Shown here in pieces: positions 1 through 7,395 of a DNA stretch of 32,000 nucleotides (positions are counted from its first letter, which is position 1; every line of letters begins with the position of its first letter). The position numbers were made by a program, and so were the translations under genes. The notes under the pieces were generated by a model that saw only the letters and a program-made list of their open reading frames with translations, did no database searches and was not told the DNA's origin. This stretch comes from Pseudodesulfovibrio piezophilus C1TLV30 (GTDB lineage Bacteria; Desulfobacterota; Desulfovibrionia; Desulfovibrionales; Desulfovibrionaceae): assembly GCF_000341895.1 (NCBI RefSeq), contig NC_020409.1:1590001-1622000 (forward strand), read 5' to 3'.

Positions 1-1869
1 GGTGCCTATATTCCACCTGCCATTTCCACAGACGCCAAGATTCTGCCCGTTCTTTTTCACCTTGACGCACCCAAGGACGAAAACGCTGAAGAGCGATTCC
101 GCAACGTCCTCAAACGATGTGAAGGCTCCCTGGCTGTTGTCATGCAGAACCTCAATGATTTCGACTCCCAATTCCTTGCCCAAAAAGGATCTGGACAATC
201 CTTTTATATCGGGAAAACGCAGGACGGCTGGCTTGTCGCCAGTGAAGCGTACGGAATGGCGGCCCGCGCCCGCTCCTCATTCCCCATGGCTGTCCACCGC
301 CAGGGTGGCGTCTCCGTCATCCTGAGTGACAGCGACCCTGCGGACATGGTCCCTCAAGCCCGTTTCCTTCACTCCGGGGAATGTGTTCCACTCAAGGAAG
401 AAAAAATTGAAATATTTTCACGCGATATATTTCGCGGTAAATACAATCATTACATTGAAAAGGAAGTGCACGAAGCATCAAGCTCTGTTCGCAACACCTT
501 ACACGGTAAATACCTTCGCCAAAATGGACACGTCACTTTCCTGCCCGAAGGTTTTGGCAATGGCCCGGCTCTCGTCAATCGATTCCGCAACGGAAAGACT
601 CCGATTGCACGCATCATCTGTGTGGGGCAAGGCACTGCTGCCGTCGCGGCCATGGCCGTGGCATCGCTCCTGCGCCGGGCGCTGAAGGGGAGCGACATTT
701 CCATTGAAGCCTACACAGGCTCCGAATTGGTCGGATTCATGGGTGATGAAAGTATGGATAATGTCTTTTTGATCCCGGTTTCCCAATCCGGTACCACCAC
801 TGATACCAACCGTGTCGTGGATCTCTGCCGTGATCGTGGAGCCTGGGTCAATTGCATTGTCAACCGCCGTAATTCTCCTTTGGTCCAAAAATCCGATTCC
901 TATATTTACACCAGTAATGGGCGCGATGTGGAGATGGCCGTAGCCTCGACCAAGGCTTTCTACTCTCAGGTCGCTGCGGGCAAACTCCTTTCTCTCTGGT
1001 TGGCCGATGTACTCGGCACCATGGACACGGCCACTATTTCAGCAGATATGGATTCGCTGGAATCACTTCCCAATGCCATTGACAAAGTACTGGAAACCAA
1101 GGATGCCATTGGCGAGGTGGCCAAAAAATACGCCCCTGTCCATCGATACTGGGCATTGGTCGGAAACGGCGCCAACTGCATCGCCGCACAGGAAGTGCGC
1201 ATCAAGCTCTCCGAACTTTGTTATAAATCCATTCCCTGTGATGTTACGGAAGACAAGAAACATATCGACCTGTCCACAGAGCCATTGACCCTTGTCATGG
1301 CGTCCGACCTGCCTGAAATGGTTGTCATGGATACGGTCAAGGAAACAACCATCTTCAAGGCACACAACGGATCGCCCATAGTCTTCTGCGCCGAGGATGA
1401 GACCCGTTTTGACGCAGTGGCTGAAGCGACTATCAAGGTTCCCCGAGTTGGGGGAGGGCTGGATTTTGTTCTGGAAACTGTCGCAGGTCACTGGTGGGGC
1501 ATCATGGCTGCCAAGGCCATCGACGCCCATGCCGAGCCATTTCGCAATGCACGCATCCTGATAGCCGAGATGGTTGTGGACCCATCAAAATGGGACCGCA
1601 CAGCCGTCCTTACTCAGCTGAATCAATGCGTGGACCGTATTGCCTCCGGCGCAACAGACTCGGCGCTGCCAGCCCGCGTAGCTTCCGGCTTGGCGAACTA
1701 CATGCTCTGGCTGGTCAACCAATCCCAGGATATCTGCGTCACCGAAGCCAGACTTGCCGATATCCTTACCGTGCTCAACAAAGCGATCGAAGAAATGACC
1801 CGCCCCATCGACACCATCCGCCATCAAGCCAAGACCGTCACCGTAGGAATCAGCAGACCACAGGGGTAG
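1..1869 (+). CDS. GlmS-family protein (end of class-II glutamine amidotransferase domain plus tandem SIS domains), 5' partial
   Basis: Frame 1 is open from base 1, so the ATG at 142 is internal. SIS signatures are VGQGTAAVAAMAVA, IPVSQSGTTTDT and VASTKAF. The C-terminus ...HQAKTVTVGISRPQG resembles the GlmS tail ...LAKSVTVE. An extra ~90 aa lies before the tail compared with E. coli GlmS as I recall it, so this is a divergent paralogue rather than canonical glmS. Stop TAG at 1867-1869. Confidence 0.8.
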   Translation, partial: GAYIPPAISTDAKILPVLFHLDAPKDENAEERFRNVLKRCEGSLAVVMQNLNDFDSQFLAQKGSGQSFYIGKTQDGWLVASEAYGMAARARSSFPMAVHRQGGVSVILSDSDPADMVPQARFLHSGECVPLKEEKIEIFSRDIFRGKYNHYIEKEVHEASSSVRNTLHGKYLRQNGHVTFLPEGFGNGPALVNRFRNGKTPIARIICVGQGTAAVAAMAVASLLRRALKGSDISIEAYTGSELVGFMGDESMDNVFLIPVSQSGTTTDTNRVVDLCRDRGAWVNCIVNRRNSPLVQKSDSYIYTSNGRDVEMAVASTKAFYSQVAAGKLLSLWLADVLGTMDTATISADMDSLESLPNAIDKVLETKDAIGEVAKKYAPVHRYWALVGNGANCIAAQEVRIKLSELCYKSIPCDVTEDKKHIDLSTEPLTLVMASDLPEMVVMDTVKETTIFKAHNGSPIVFCAEDETRFDAVAEATIKVPRVGGGLDFVLETVAGHWWGIMAAKAIDAHAEPFRNARILIAEMVVDPSKWDRTAVLTQLNQCVDRIASGATDSALPARVASGLANYMLWLVNQSQDICVTEARLADILTVLNKAIEEMTRPIDTIRHQAKTVTVGISRPQG

Positions 1870-1873
1870 TTTT

Positions 1874-1921
1874 TGTGTAGCGTGACAATATAGTTGTTAA
1901 CGATACAATAAAGTTGTTAAC
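1874..1921 (+). repeat. Tn7-like right-end terminus with two closely spaced TnsB-type binding repeats
   Basis: TGTGTAGCGTG is followed by ACAATATAGTTGTTAAC (1885-1901) and ACAATAAAGTTGTTAAC (1905-1921). The same motif occurs inverted three times at the left end. Confidence 0.7.
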
Positions 1922-1971
1922 AAAAGCCGTTTCTGGTAACTACAAAATGTAGAAAACTAGGAGCGGCTTTT

Positions 1972-2796
1972 ATGTCCAAACGATATTCCCCATCCGACGA
2001 AAGATTTTAACGTTGGCGCAAGGAAGGTCGCGGTGCCGGCAGGCATGGCAACTATAAGCCTTGGTTGACTGTGTGGGATGTGCCTTCCCAAGGGCGTTCA
2101 CATCGAATCTTCGGACACAAAGTACGCCGAACGCACCACCTTTTCTCCGACCTAGAGCTTGCTGTCTTCCTCCCTTTGGAATGGCAGCAAGACGTAACCG
2201 ACATTCGGGAACAATTTCCGCTTCAACGAGAACTCACGATTGAAATCGCCGACCAATACGGCATTACACACCCTTCGGCCTCTGGCGTCCTTCAGTACAT
2301 GACTTCAGACTTTCTCGTCGACACATCACGGTCAGACAAAATGCGCGTGGCGCTACAGGCTAAGTACTCCGATGAGCTTCAAAAGCCCCGAATGATAGAG
2401 AAGCTGGAATTAGAACGCAGGTATTGGGAGCAGAAAGGCGTCCACTGGCATCTGGTGACTGAAAAGGAAATTTCTTCTGTCGCACTTGAAAACATAAAGT
2501 GGCTTTACCCAGCTCAACGTGACGAAATCGAGGATGCTGATCTGAAGCATCGAGCGGATTTTTACAGTCACCACTTTGCCGAAAACAAAGAGTCTACATT
2601 AATCAATCTCGCTAAATCTCTTGAAGTAGCCTACGACCTTGCTCCCGGAGAATCTTTACGAGAAATCAGACAGCTACTATCTCAAAGAGTCTTTTCATTC
2701 GATATCAATATTGCTTTTCGTAAGCTTGCACCCAGGGATTTAGTCGCAGCTGAAGCCGTGACCTTAGAGGAGATGCTTCATGTTCAGAATCAATGA
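1972..2796 (+). pseudogene. tnsA: tnsA (Tn7 TnsA endonuclease family) with an in-frame TAA at codon 13
   Basis: ATG at 1972 is preceded by AGGAG (1959-1963). Translation reads MSKRYSPSDERF*RWRKEGRGAGRHGNYKPWLTVWDVPSQGRSHRIFGHK..SDLELAVFLPLEW..IREQFPL..KLELERRYWEQKG. It is collinear with Tn7 TnsA (..RRIKEGRGQGHGKDYIPWLTVQEVPSSGRSHRIYSHK..SDLELAVFLSLEW..IREQFPL..LELERRYW). The TAA at 2008-2010 lies between the ATG and the conserved block. The ORF track only rescues a TTG start at 2065. Confidence 0.85.
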
Positions 2797-3269
2797 AGTG
2801 CTTAAGTATGAAGGCCGGTTGTTCCGAGTCCTCTCGTTGCTTGGTGAACAGTTGGTCTGGATTGACCTTGAAAGCCCTAAGCCCTTCCCTGCGCTCATTT
2901 TGAGAAATGATCTGATTCAATCAATTGAAGATGAAACCCTATTCCGGGCTGAAGACCCTCACTCCGAGCTTGCATTTAAAAATCCCAAACCAGGAAGTTC
3001 GGCACAAATCAAACGAGATACCAATTACGCATTTGTCCAGGAGACGCTTGATAAACTTGAGTACTTCGATCGCAAAGAATTAACTGCTCGCATCAATGAA
3101 GTTGTTTCGAGTGGCAAGGTGTCCAAGCCTCAATTGTACAAATTACTGAGGCGTTATTGGCAAAGGGGGCAAACGCCCAATGCCCTTCTTCCAGACTACA
3201 AACACTCTGGCGGCAAAGAAAAGAAACGCGTAGCGAACGGGAAAAAACTCGGGAGACCGCGCGAGTTTA
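2780..3269 (+). pseudogene. tnsB: tnsB N-terminal fragment (Tn7 TnsB transposase family), truncated by IS insertion
   Basis: MFRINEVL... and ...YKLLRRYWQRGQTPNALLPDYKHSGG match the Tn7 TnsB N-terminus (MWQINEV..., YKLLRRYWQRGQTPNALIPDYKNSG). The ATG at 2780 overlaps the tnsA stop (2794-2796). Similarity ends at ~3269, where the IS inverted repeat begins. No DDE core follows. Confidence 0.85.
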
Positions 3270-3332
3270 TGAGAAGTGGGTTCACTTTATCGGACCACTG
3301 AGCGGCGAATTTAAGGTGGACAGTTTTACGTG

Positions 3333-4082
3333 TTACGCCGCCTTGTGGGTCCATCCCAGAGGGGGTACCCCCTCTGGGATGGGACCGCTTTGATATATCT
3401 CCATCGGCTTGCGTCCGTCAAAGGTCTTATGAGGACGCCGATTATTGTAGAAGTTAAACCACCAGGCCAAGGCACTCCGCAGCTCACTTCCTGTCTCCAG
3501 TTCCCGCAAGTAGACACATTCGTATTTCAAAGACTTCCAGAGTCGTTCGATCATGACGTTATCCATCCAGCGTCCTCGGCCATCCATTGAAATGCGGATG
3601 CCAGCATCCCGCAGAGTCTTTGTGAATTCATAGCTGGTGAACTGGCTCCCCTGGTCTGTGTTGAATATCTCAGGTTCTCCATAACGGTTGATCGCATCCT
3701 CCAAAGCTACGACACAAAAGTCGGCCTCCATCGTATTCGACAAACGCCACGACAATACTGCCCGGCTATGCCAATCCATGATTGCCACGAGATACAAGAA
3801 GCCTCGTTTCATCGGAATGTAAGTAATGTCGGTACACCAAACTTGATTTGGCTTTGTGATCTTCATGTTCCGCAACAAATACGGATATATTTTGTGCTGT
3901 GGATGAGGATCACTCGTCCTCGGTTTTTGGTAAATCGCCATCAAGCCCATCTTGCGCATAAGTCGTCTCACACGACCACGGCCAACCAGATGCCCTTCAT
4001 CCCGCAGAATGTTGCGCATCTGGCGTGAGCCGAAAAATGGTAGCTCCATGAACAACTCGTCGATGCGTTTCATCAACTCCAA
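3333..4082 (-). CDS. IS3-family transposase OrfB (DDE/rve integrase core); probably made as an OrfAB fusion
   Basis: DDE-core signatures are [21 protein letters not shown] and [15 protein letters not shown]. The same frame stays open upstream of the listed TTG start (..[23 protein letters not shown]) and across the orfA stop. It is in the -1 frame relative to orfA. Confidence 0.85.
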   Translation of the reverse strand: MELMKRIDELFMELPFFGSRQMRNILRDEGHLVGRGRVRRLMRKMGLMAIYQKPRTSDPHPQHKIYPYLLRNMKITKPNQVWCTDITYIPMKRGFLYLVAIMDWHSRAVLSWRLSNTMEADFCVVALEDAINRYGEPEIFNTDQGSQFTSYEFTKTLRDAGIRISMDGRGRWMDNVMIERLWKSLKYECVYLRELETGSELRSALAWWFNFYNNRRPHKTFDGRKPMEIYQSGPIPEGVPPLGWTHKAA

Positions 4083-4210
4083 GTTATACGATGATTCGCC
4101 AATCGGCTGATAATAGTATGTTGAGCGTTGCAGTTTGAGGATTCTGCATTGTCGCCGGACGCTGAGTTGTGGATGCTCTTTGTCGACGACTTCACGCCTT
4201 CGCTCGCAGC

Positions 4211-4522
4211 TCAGATTTTGGCGAAGGCTTGTTGCAAAAAATCCTTCTCGATCAGAAGTTGGCCGATCTTAGCGTGCAGATCCTTGATATGTGCATCGTC
4301 CATTTGCTGGCTCTTCTCTGCCTTGCCAGAAAATGACGCGACAATACCTTCTTTGGCTTGTCGTTTCCACGTGGATATCTGGTTGGTGTGAACTCCATAC
4401 TTGCTGGCCAGCTCGGAAAGTGTGTGCTCGCCAGACAAAGCGTCGAGGGCTACACGGGCTTTGAATTCAGCAGTAAATCTTCTTCTCTTCTTGGACATCG
4501 AAAAGCCTCCTTCGGCTATCAT
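4211..4522 (-). CDS. IS3-family transposase OrfA (HTH)
   Basis: MSKKRRRFTAEFKARVALDALSGEHTLSELASKYGVHTNQISTWKRQ is a typical IS3/IS911-type OrfA N-terminus, followed by a leucine-zipper-like tail. Confidence 0.85.
   Translation of the reverse strand: MIAEGGFSMSKKRRRFTAEFKARVALDALSGEHTLSELASKYGVHTNQISTWKRQAKEGIVASFSGKAEKSQQMDDAHIKDLHAKIGQLLIEKDFLQQAFAKI
4235..4241 (-). other. Candidate programmed -1 frameshift heptamer T TTT TTG in the orfA/orfB overlap
   Basis: On the minus strand orfA reads GAT TTT TTG. This fits the X XXY YYZ pattern. The -1 frame is open from here into orfB. Confidence 0.4.
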
Positions 4523-4570
4523 ATGTCCACCTTATACTGTGGTCCAGTTTCTTAGACCCACTTCTCTCAT

Positions 4571-4798
4571 ATAGTTAAAAGACATATGAAGGAGTTTTTG
4601 GGAAAAGGTATTTCTAAAAATGAAATTCCTGATTTTCTTCAACAAGCCTTAGCAAAGAATAATGTGATTGGTTTTCAGGGCAAAGGAAAAGGTAGACCTA
4701 TTTACGAGTTTGTCTATAAAGGTAAAAAATAGCGTATTGCGATTACTATTGGAGGTAATGGCTATATAGTTGGTGCTAACTTTAGAAGTAGTAGGTGA
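4571..4798 (+). pseudogene. 5'-deleted remnant of a toxin C-terminal domain (paralogue of the last ~75 codons of the 10301-11590 toxin) with an in-frame TAG
   Basis: Translation is IVKRHMKEFLGKGISKNEIPDFLQQALAKNNVIGFQGKGKGRPIYEFVYKGKK*RIAITIGGNGYIVGANFRSSR. The paralogue reads HILEEHKQDFWRKGISKDEIPDFLQQALEKNNVVGYQGQGSGRPIYELVYKGKRQRVAITVGNNGFVVGANPKGLK. The TAG at 4730-4732 aligns with CAG in the paralogue. The fragment starts directly at the IS boundary. Confidence 0.85.
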
Positions 4799-4803
4799 TT
4801 AAT

Positions 4804-5112
4804 ATGTTGGAAAGAATGAGACTTGCGTTGGAATATTATTGCTCACCCATTTGGATAATTGATGATGATGGGAGTTCCGACACTATAGCTGTTGAAGATA
4901 TGGATATAAGTGATTCTCTTAAGAAAGATATCATTACTTGGGATAATCTTTATCAGGCCACTTTTGATGCTGAATATCCTCCAGATTCTGGATTTTCTTC
5001 AAAGGAGGCCGATGATTTATTGAAAAAATCATTTAGACTAGAAGGAAAAGCATTGTTTTTGAGGCTTAAAGAAGAGTTAAAAGGTAAGTATATATTTGAA
5101 TATATGGCATGA
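4804..5112 (+). CDS. Putative immunity protein, paralogue of 11596-11913
   Basis: MLERMRLALEYYCSPIWIIDDDG...YPPDSGFSSKEADDLL..LEGKALFLRLKEEL is collinear with MIKRIRLALEYGCSPIWIIDEDG...YPPDSGFSSNEANVLL..LEGKELFLRLKEEL. It sits directly 3' of the toxin remnant. The ATG at 4804 is preferred over the GTG at 4795 because the TTAATATG context is shared with the paralogue. Confidence 0.75.
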   Translation: MLERMRLALEYYCSPIWIIDDDGSSDTIAVEDMDISDSLKKDIITWDNLYQATFDAEYPPDSGFSSKEADDLLKKSFRLEGKALFLRLKEELKGKYIFEYMA

Positions 5113-5267
5113 TTTCTTGTGTGATAAGAATTATCGCCTATCTTGTCTGGTGTGTAACGATGGTAAGACCATTAGTGAAGAGTGGCTTCTGTCTCGTTAT
5201 TTCTCAAGGGAGAGGGGGTATTATCAACTAATCTGCCAATCCCAAGTAAGTACTAGGCAAAGGACAT

Positions 5268-5639
5268 ATGATAAACGATACAACATTACTCCAATGGTTA
5301 AACTTACTGAATTTGTCTCCTGATTTTGTAATCAGACATGGTAATGAAAATGAAAGTTCAACAACAACAGCAATCCCTCTTGTTCCAAAGGATGACGGTG
5401 ATTACTGGATCGCTGGAGTAACCATACTTGCTAACGGTGATCGGCTAGACTCTGTTTTTATTGTTGATACGAATTCTGGAGGAGAGCTTTCCAGCGTGTA
5501 CTGGAAGATTGATAACAAATGGTGGGACTTTTTTGAACGCCCTGCCGTTTTCGCAGCATTGTCATTAAACGAGAAAGACGTATTTCCTTTTGATTGGCAG
5601 TTTTCAGTGCCTTTGGAAGAAGATATCTTTCATGACTAG
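5268..5639 (+). CDS. Hypothetical protein (candidate orphan immunity gene)
   Basis: 123-aa ORF in AT-rich DNA between two cassettes. AAGGA lies just upstream of the ATG. I recognise no family. Confidence 0.45.
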   Translation: MINDTTLLQWLNLLNLSPDFVIRHGNENESSTTTAIPLVPKDDGDYWIAGVTILANGDRLDSVFIVDTNSGGELSSVYWKIDNKWWDFFERPAVFAALSLNEKDVFPFDWQFSVPLEEDIFHD

Positions 5640-5730
5640 TACTTAGATTTAGAAAGCAACCGATTCATCAGACCGCTTGCTTTCTACCAATCTATTTAAT
5701 TTTTTTCATCGACCCTCTTACCACCTTAAA

Positions 5731-5765
5731 GACGGCCCGCCTCAGCGGGCCGTCTTTCGTTTTTT
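5731..5765 (+). terminator. Rho-independent terminator-like hairpin, first base of the repeated cassette unit (copy 1)
   Basis: GACGGCCCGC-CTCA-GCGGGCCGTC (10-bp GC stem) followed by TTTCGTTTTTT. Confidence 0.7.
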
Positions 5766-5839
5766 GACATAACCCCAACTCCTCGACCTCCACCACTGTA
5801 AACACCGTCATCAACGGCGGCGATCTCGGCGAAAATCTG

Positions 5840-7018
5840 GTGGGGAGCCTCCACTCTTCCGCAGTGGGCGTGCTTGGCAAGCACGCAGCCATGAAGATTG
5901 GTGAGGCGTATGACGGCGGCAATGGAGATATTGATTACGTCACTCATAAAATCGCTCATGCCGCTCTTGGCGGGACCATGGCTGCGGCAACAGGGGGAGA
6001 TATCGCCTCTGGTGCCATTGGCGGTGTCGTTGGGGAAGTTTTTGCTGAAGAATTTAGAAGTGAGTTGGAAGATGCCATACGAATGGGTGAAGTCGAACCA
6101 GATCAGGTTCAACGATGGGGCGATGCAGGTGTTGACATGTCGGCTCTTGTTGCAGGTTTGGCTGCGGCAGCTGCCGGTGGTGATGTAAACACTGCATCTG
6201 AAACTGGAGCAAATGCCGCCGAAAATAATGCCCTTTGTGGTGGATTCTGCATAGCTGCACTTGCTGCAGCTATATGGGTGTTAGCATCAGGAGAAGGAGA
6301 TCCTATAGAAGGCTTGGAAGAAATTGGCGATGGAACTGATCCGCTTAGTCAAGCCATTGCAACTGGCACTAAGGAAGCTGTGAATTTTTCAAGGAAGGAG
6401 CTCCCAAAAGAAACGGACGCAGTTATAGATGTTTTGGGGAAAGCTGGTGAAAATATTGATGCAATAGTCACTTATGTAGATGAAGCAACCGGTAAAGAAG
6501 TAAGTAGTCGTTGGAATAAGCTTCCTGAGCGAACTCGAAAGAGGCTCAAGGGTGGAGCAAAGGTTGTTTCAGTCTTGATTCCTGGTAAGGTTGTTACAAA
6601 ACTTATAAATAATAAAGCAATTAAGCCAATCGTTAAATTAGGGCAGAAACTGAAGGGGAAAAAATACACTCCTCTTGACAAAGGGCCTCTTAATACTGAA
6701 ATAGCAAAAACATTTAGAAGTGCAACTTATACTGAGAAAATTACAACCAAACCTACCACCTTGTATCGAGTGATAAGTGATAATGGAAATCCTGCTGGAG
6801 GGTATTGGACTCGTATTAAACCTAAAGGACCATTACAATCTGTAGTTGATTCAGCTCTTGATCAAAACTGGGGAAATACTGCCACGAGAGTTGTGAAAGC
6901 GGTTATTCCAAGAGGGACGACTATATACGAAGGCTTTGCTGCTTCACAACGCGGATTAGTTGGTGGTGGTAATCAAGTGTTCATAAAGTCTGTGAACCCC
7001 AAATGGATCACAAAGTAA
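5840..7018 (+). CDS. Orphan CdiA/FhaB-family toxin C-terminal cassette 1 (DUF637-like plus PT-VENN-like pre-toxin plus variable CT); no convincing start codon or RBS
   Basis: The frame is open from 5768, right after a stop. ..TVNTVINGGDLGENLVGSLHSSAVGVLGKHAAMKIGEAY..THKIAHAALGG..GGDIASGAIGGVVGEV..LVAGLAAAAAGGDVNTASETGANAAENNAL shows the pre-toxin pattern of two-partner-secretion exoproteins. The VENN-type motif AENN lies at 6218-6229 and is followed by a unique ~260-aa C-terminus. Confidence 0.75.
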   Translation: MGSLHSSAVGVLGKHAAMKIGEAYDGGNGDIDYVTHKIAHAALGGTMAAATGGDIASGAIGGVVGEVFAEEFRSELEDAIRMGEVEPDQVQRWGDAGVDMSALVAGLAAAAAGGDVNTASETGANAAENNALCGGFCIAALAAAIWVLASGEGDPIEGLEEIGDGTDPLSQAIATGTKEAVNFSRKELPKETDAVIDVLGKAGENIDAIVTYVDEATGKEVSSRWNKLPERTRKRLKGGAKVVSVLIPGKVVTKLINNKAIKPIVKLGQKLKGKKYTPLDKGPLNTEIAKTFRSATYTEKITTKPTTLYRVISDNGNPAGGYWTRIKPKGPLQSVVDSALDQNWGNTATRVVKAVIPRGTTIYEGFAASQRGLVGGGNQVFIKSVNPKWITK

Positions 7019-7029
7019 CTGAGGCTAAC

Positions 7030-7272
7030 ATGTGGGAAGAGATACATGGGTTTATTAGCCCAAGCGAATATAAACGTTTTTTGCAGTTCATTCATGATCA
7101 AGTTGTCCTGGGGCGTGTCGTAGAAATAGTTGTAGATCCAGATTACTGTGAAGGGATGATTTGTGGAGGAAGATGGTTTCAAGACCCTTCTTCGGGAGAG
7201 GTTTGGAGGCTTATAGAGCCTGACTTTCCGTTTAAAGGGTTATGGGAAAGAGTAAATTGTAGTGACTTGTAG
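7030..7272 (+). CDS. Putative immunity protein for cassette 1
   Basis: Small ORF directly 3' of the toxin. GAGG (7021-7024) lies 5 nt upstream of the ATG at 7030. The track start at 7003 overlaps the toxin end. It is followed by hairpin copy 2. Confidence 0.6.
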   Translation: MWEEIHGFISPSEYKRFLQFIHDQVVLGRVVEIVVDPDYCEGMICGGRWFQDPSSGEVWRLIEPDFPFKGLWERVNCSDL

Positions 7273-7288
7273 GTATAATATGATTGGC

Positions 7289-7321
7289 ACGGCCCGCTTC
7301 TGCGGGCCGTTTTTCGTTCTT
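7289..7321 (+). terminator. Terminator-like hairpin, cassette unit copy 2
   Basis: ACGGCCCGC-TTCT-GCGGGCCGT followed by TTTTCGTTCTT. Confidence 0.7.
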
Positions 7322-7395
7322 TGACATAACATACCTCCACCACCTCCGCCACTGTAAACACCGTCATCAACGGCGGCGATTTCGGCGACAATCTG

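Larger units (their letters stand above)
3270..4569 (-). mobile_element. IS3-family insertion sequence (1300 bp), apparently intact
   Basis: Termini are TG...CA. The imperfect inverted repeats are 3270 TGAGAAGTGGGT..GGACCAC..TAAGGTGGACA and the reverse complement of 4520-4569, TGAGAGAAGTGGGT..GGACCAC..TAAGGTGGACA. It has the two-ORF orfA/orfB organisation with a -1 frame relationship. Confidence 0.85.

Noticed and set aside
142-1869. ATG at 142 as the start of the first gene, and nested ORFs 2-325, 326-685 and 499-888
   Set aside because: The frame-1 reading frame is open from base 1 and GlmS-like sequence continues upstream, so the gene is simply cut by the window edge. The nested ORFs are off-frame or antisense within it.
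5764-5769. TTGACA within the conserved TTTGACATAAC after each hairpin, considered as a -35 promoter box for the cassettes
   Set aside because: No acceptable -10 hexamer lies 16-19 nt downstream in any copy (CCTCCA and CTCCGC at the expected position). The motif instead contributes the stop codon that closes the toxin frame.
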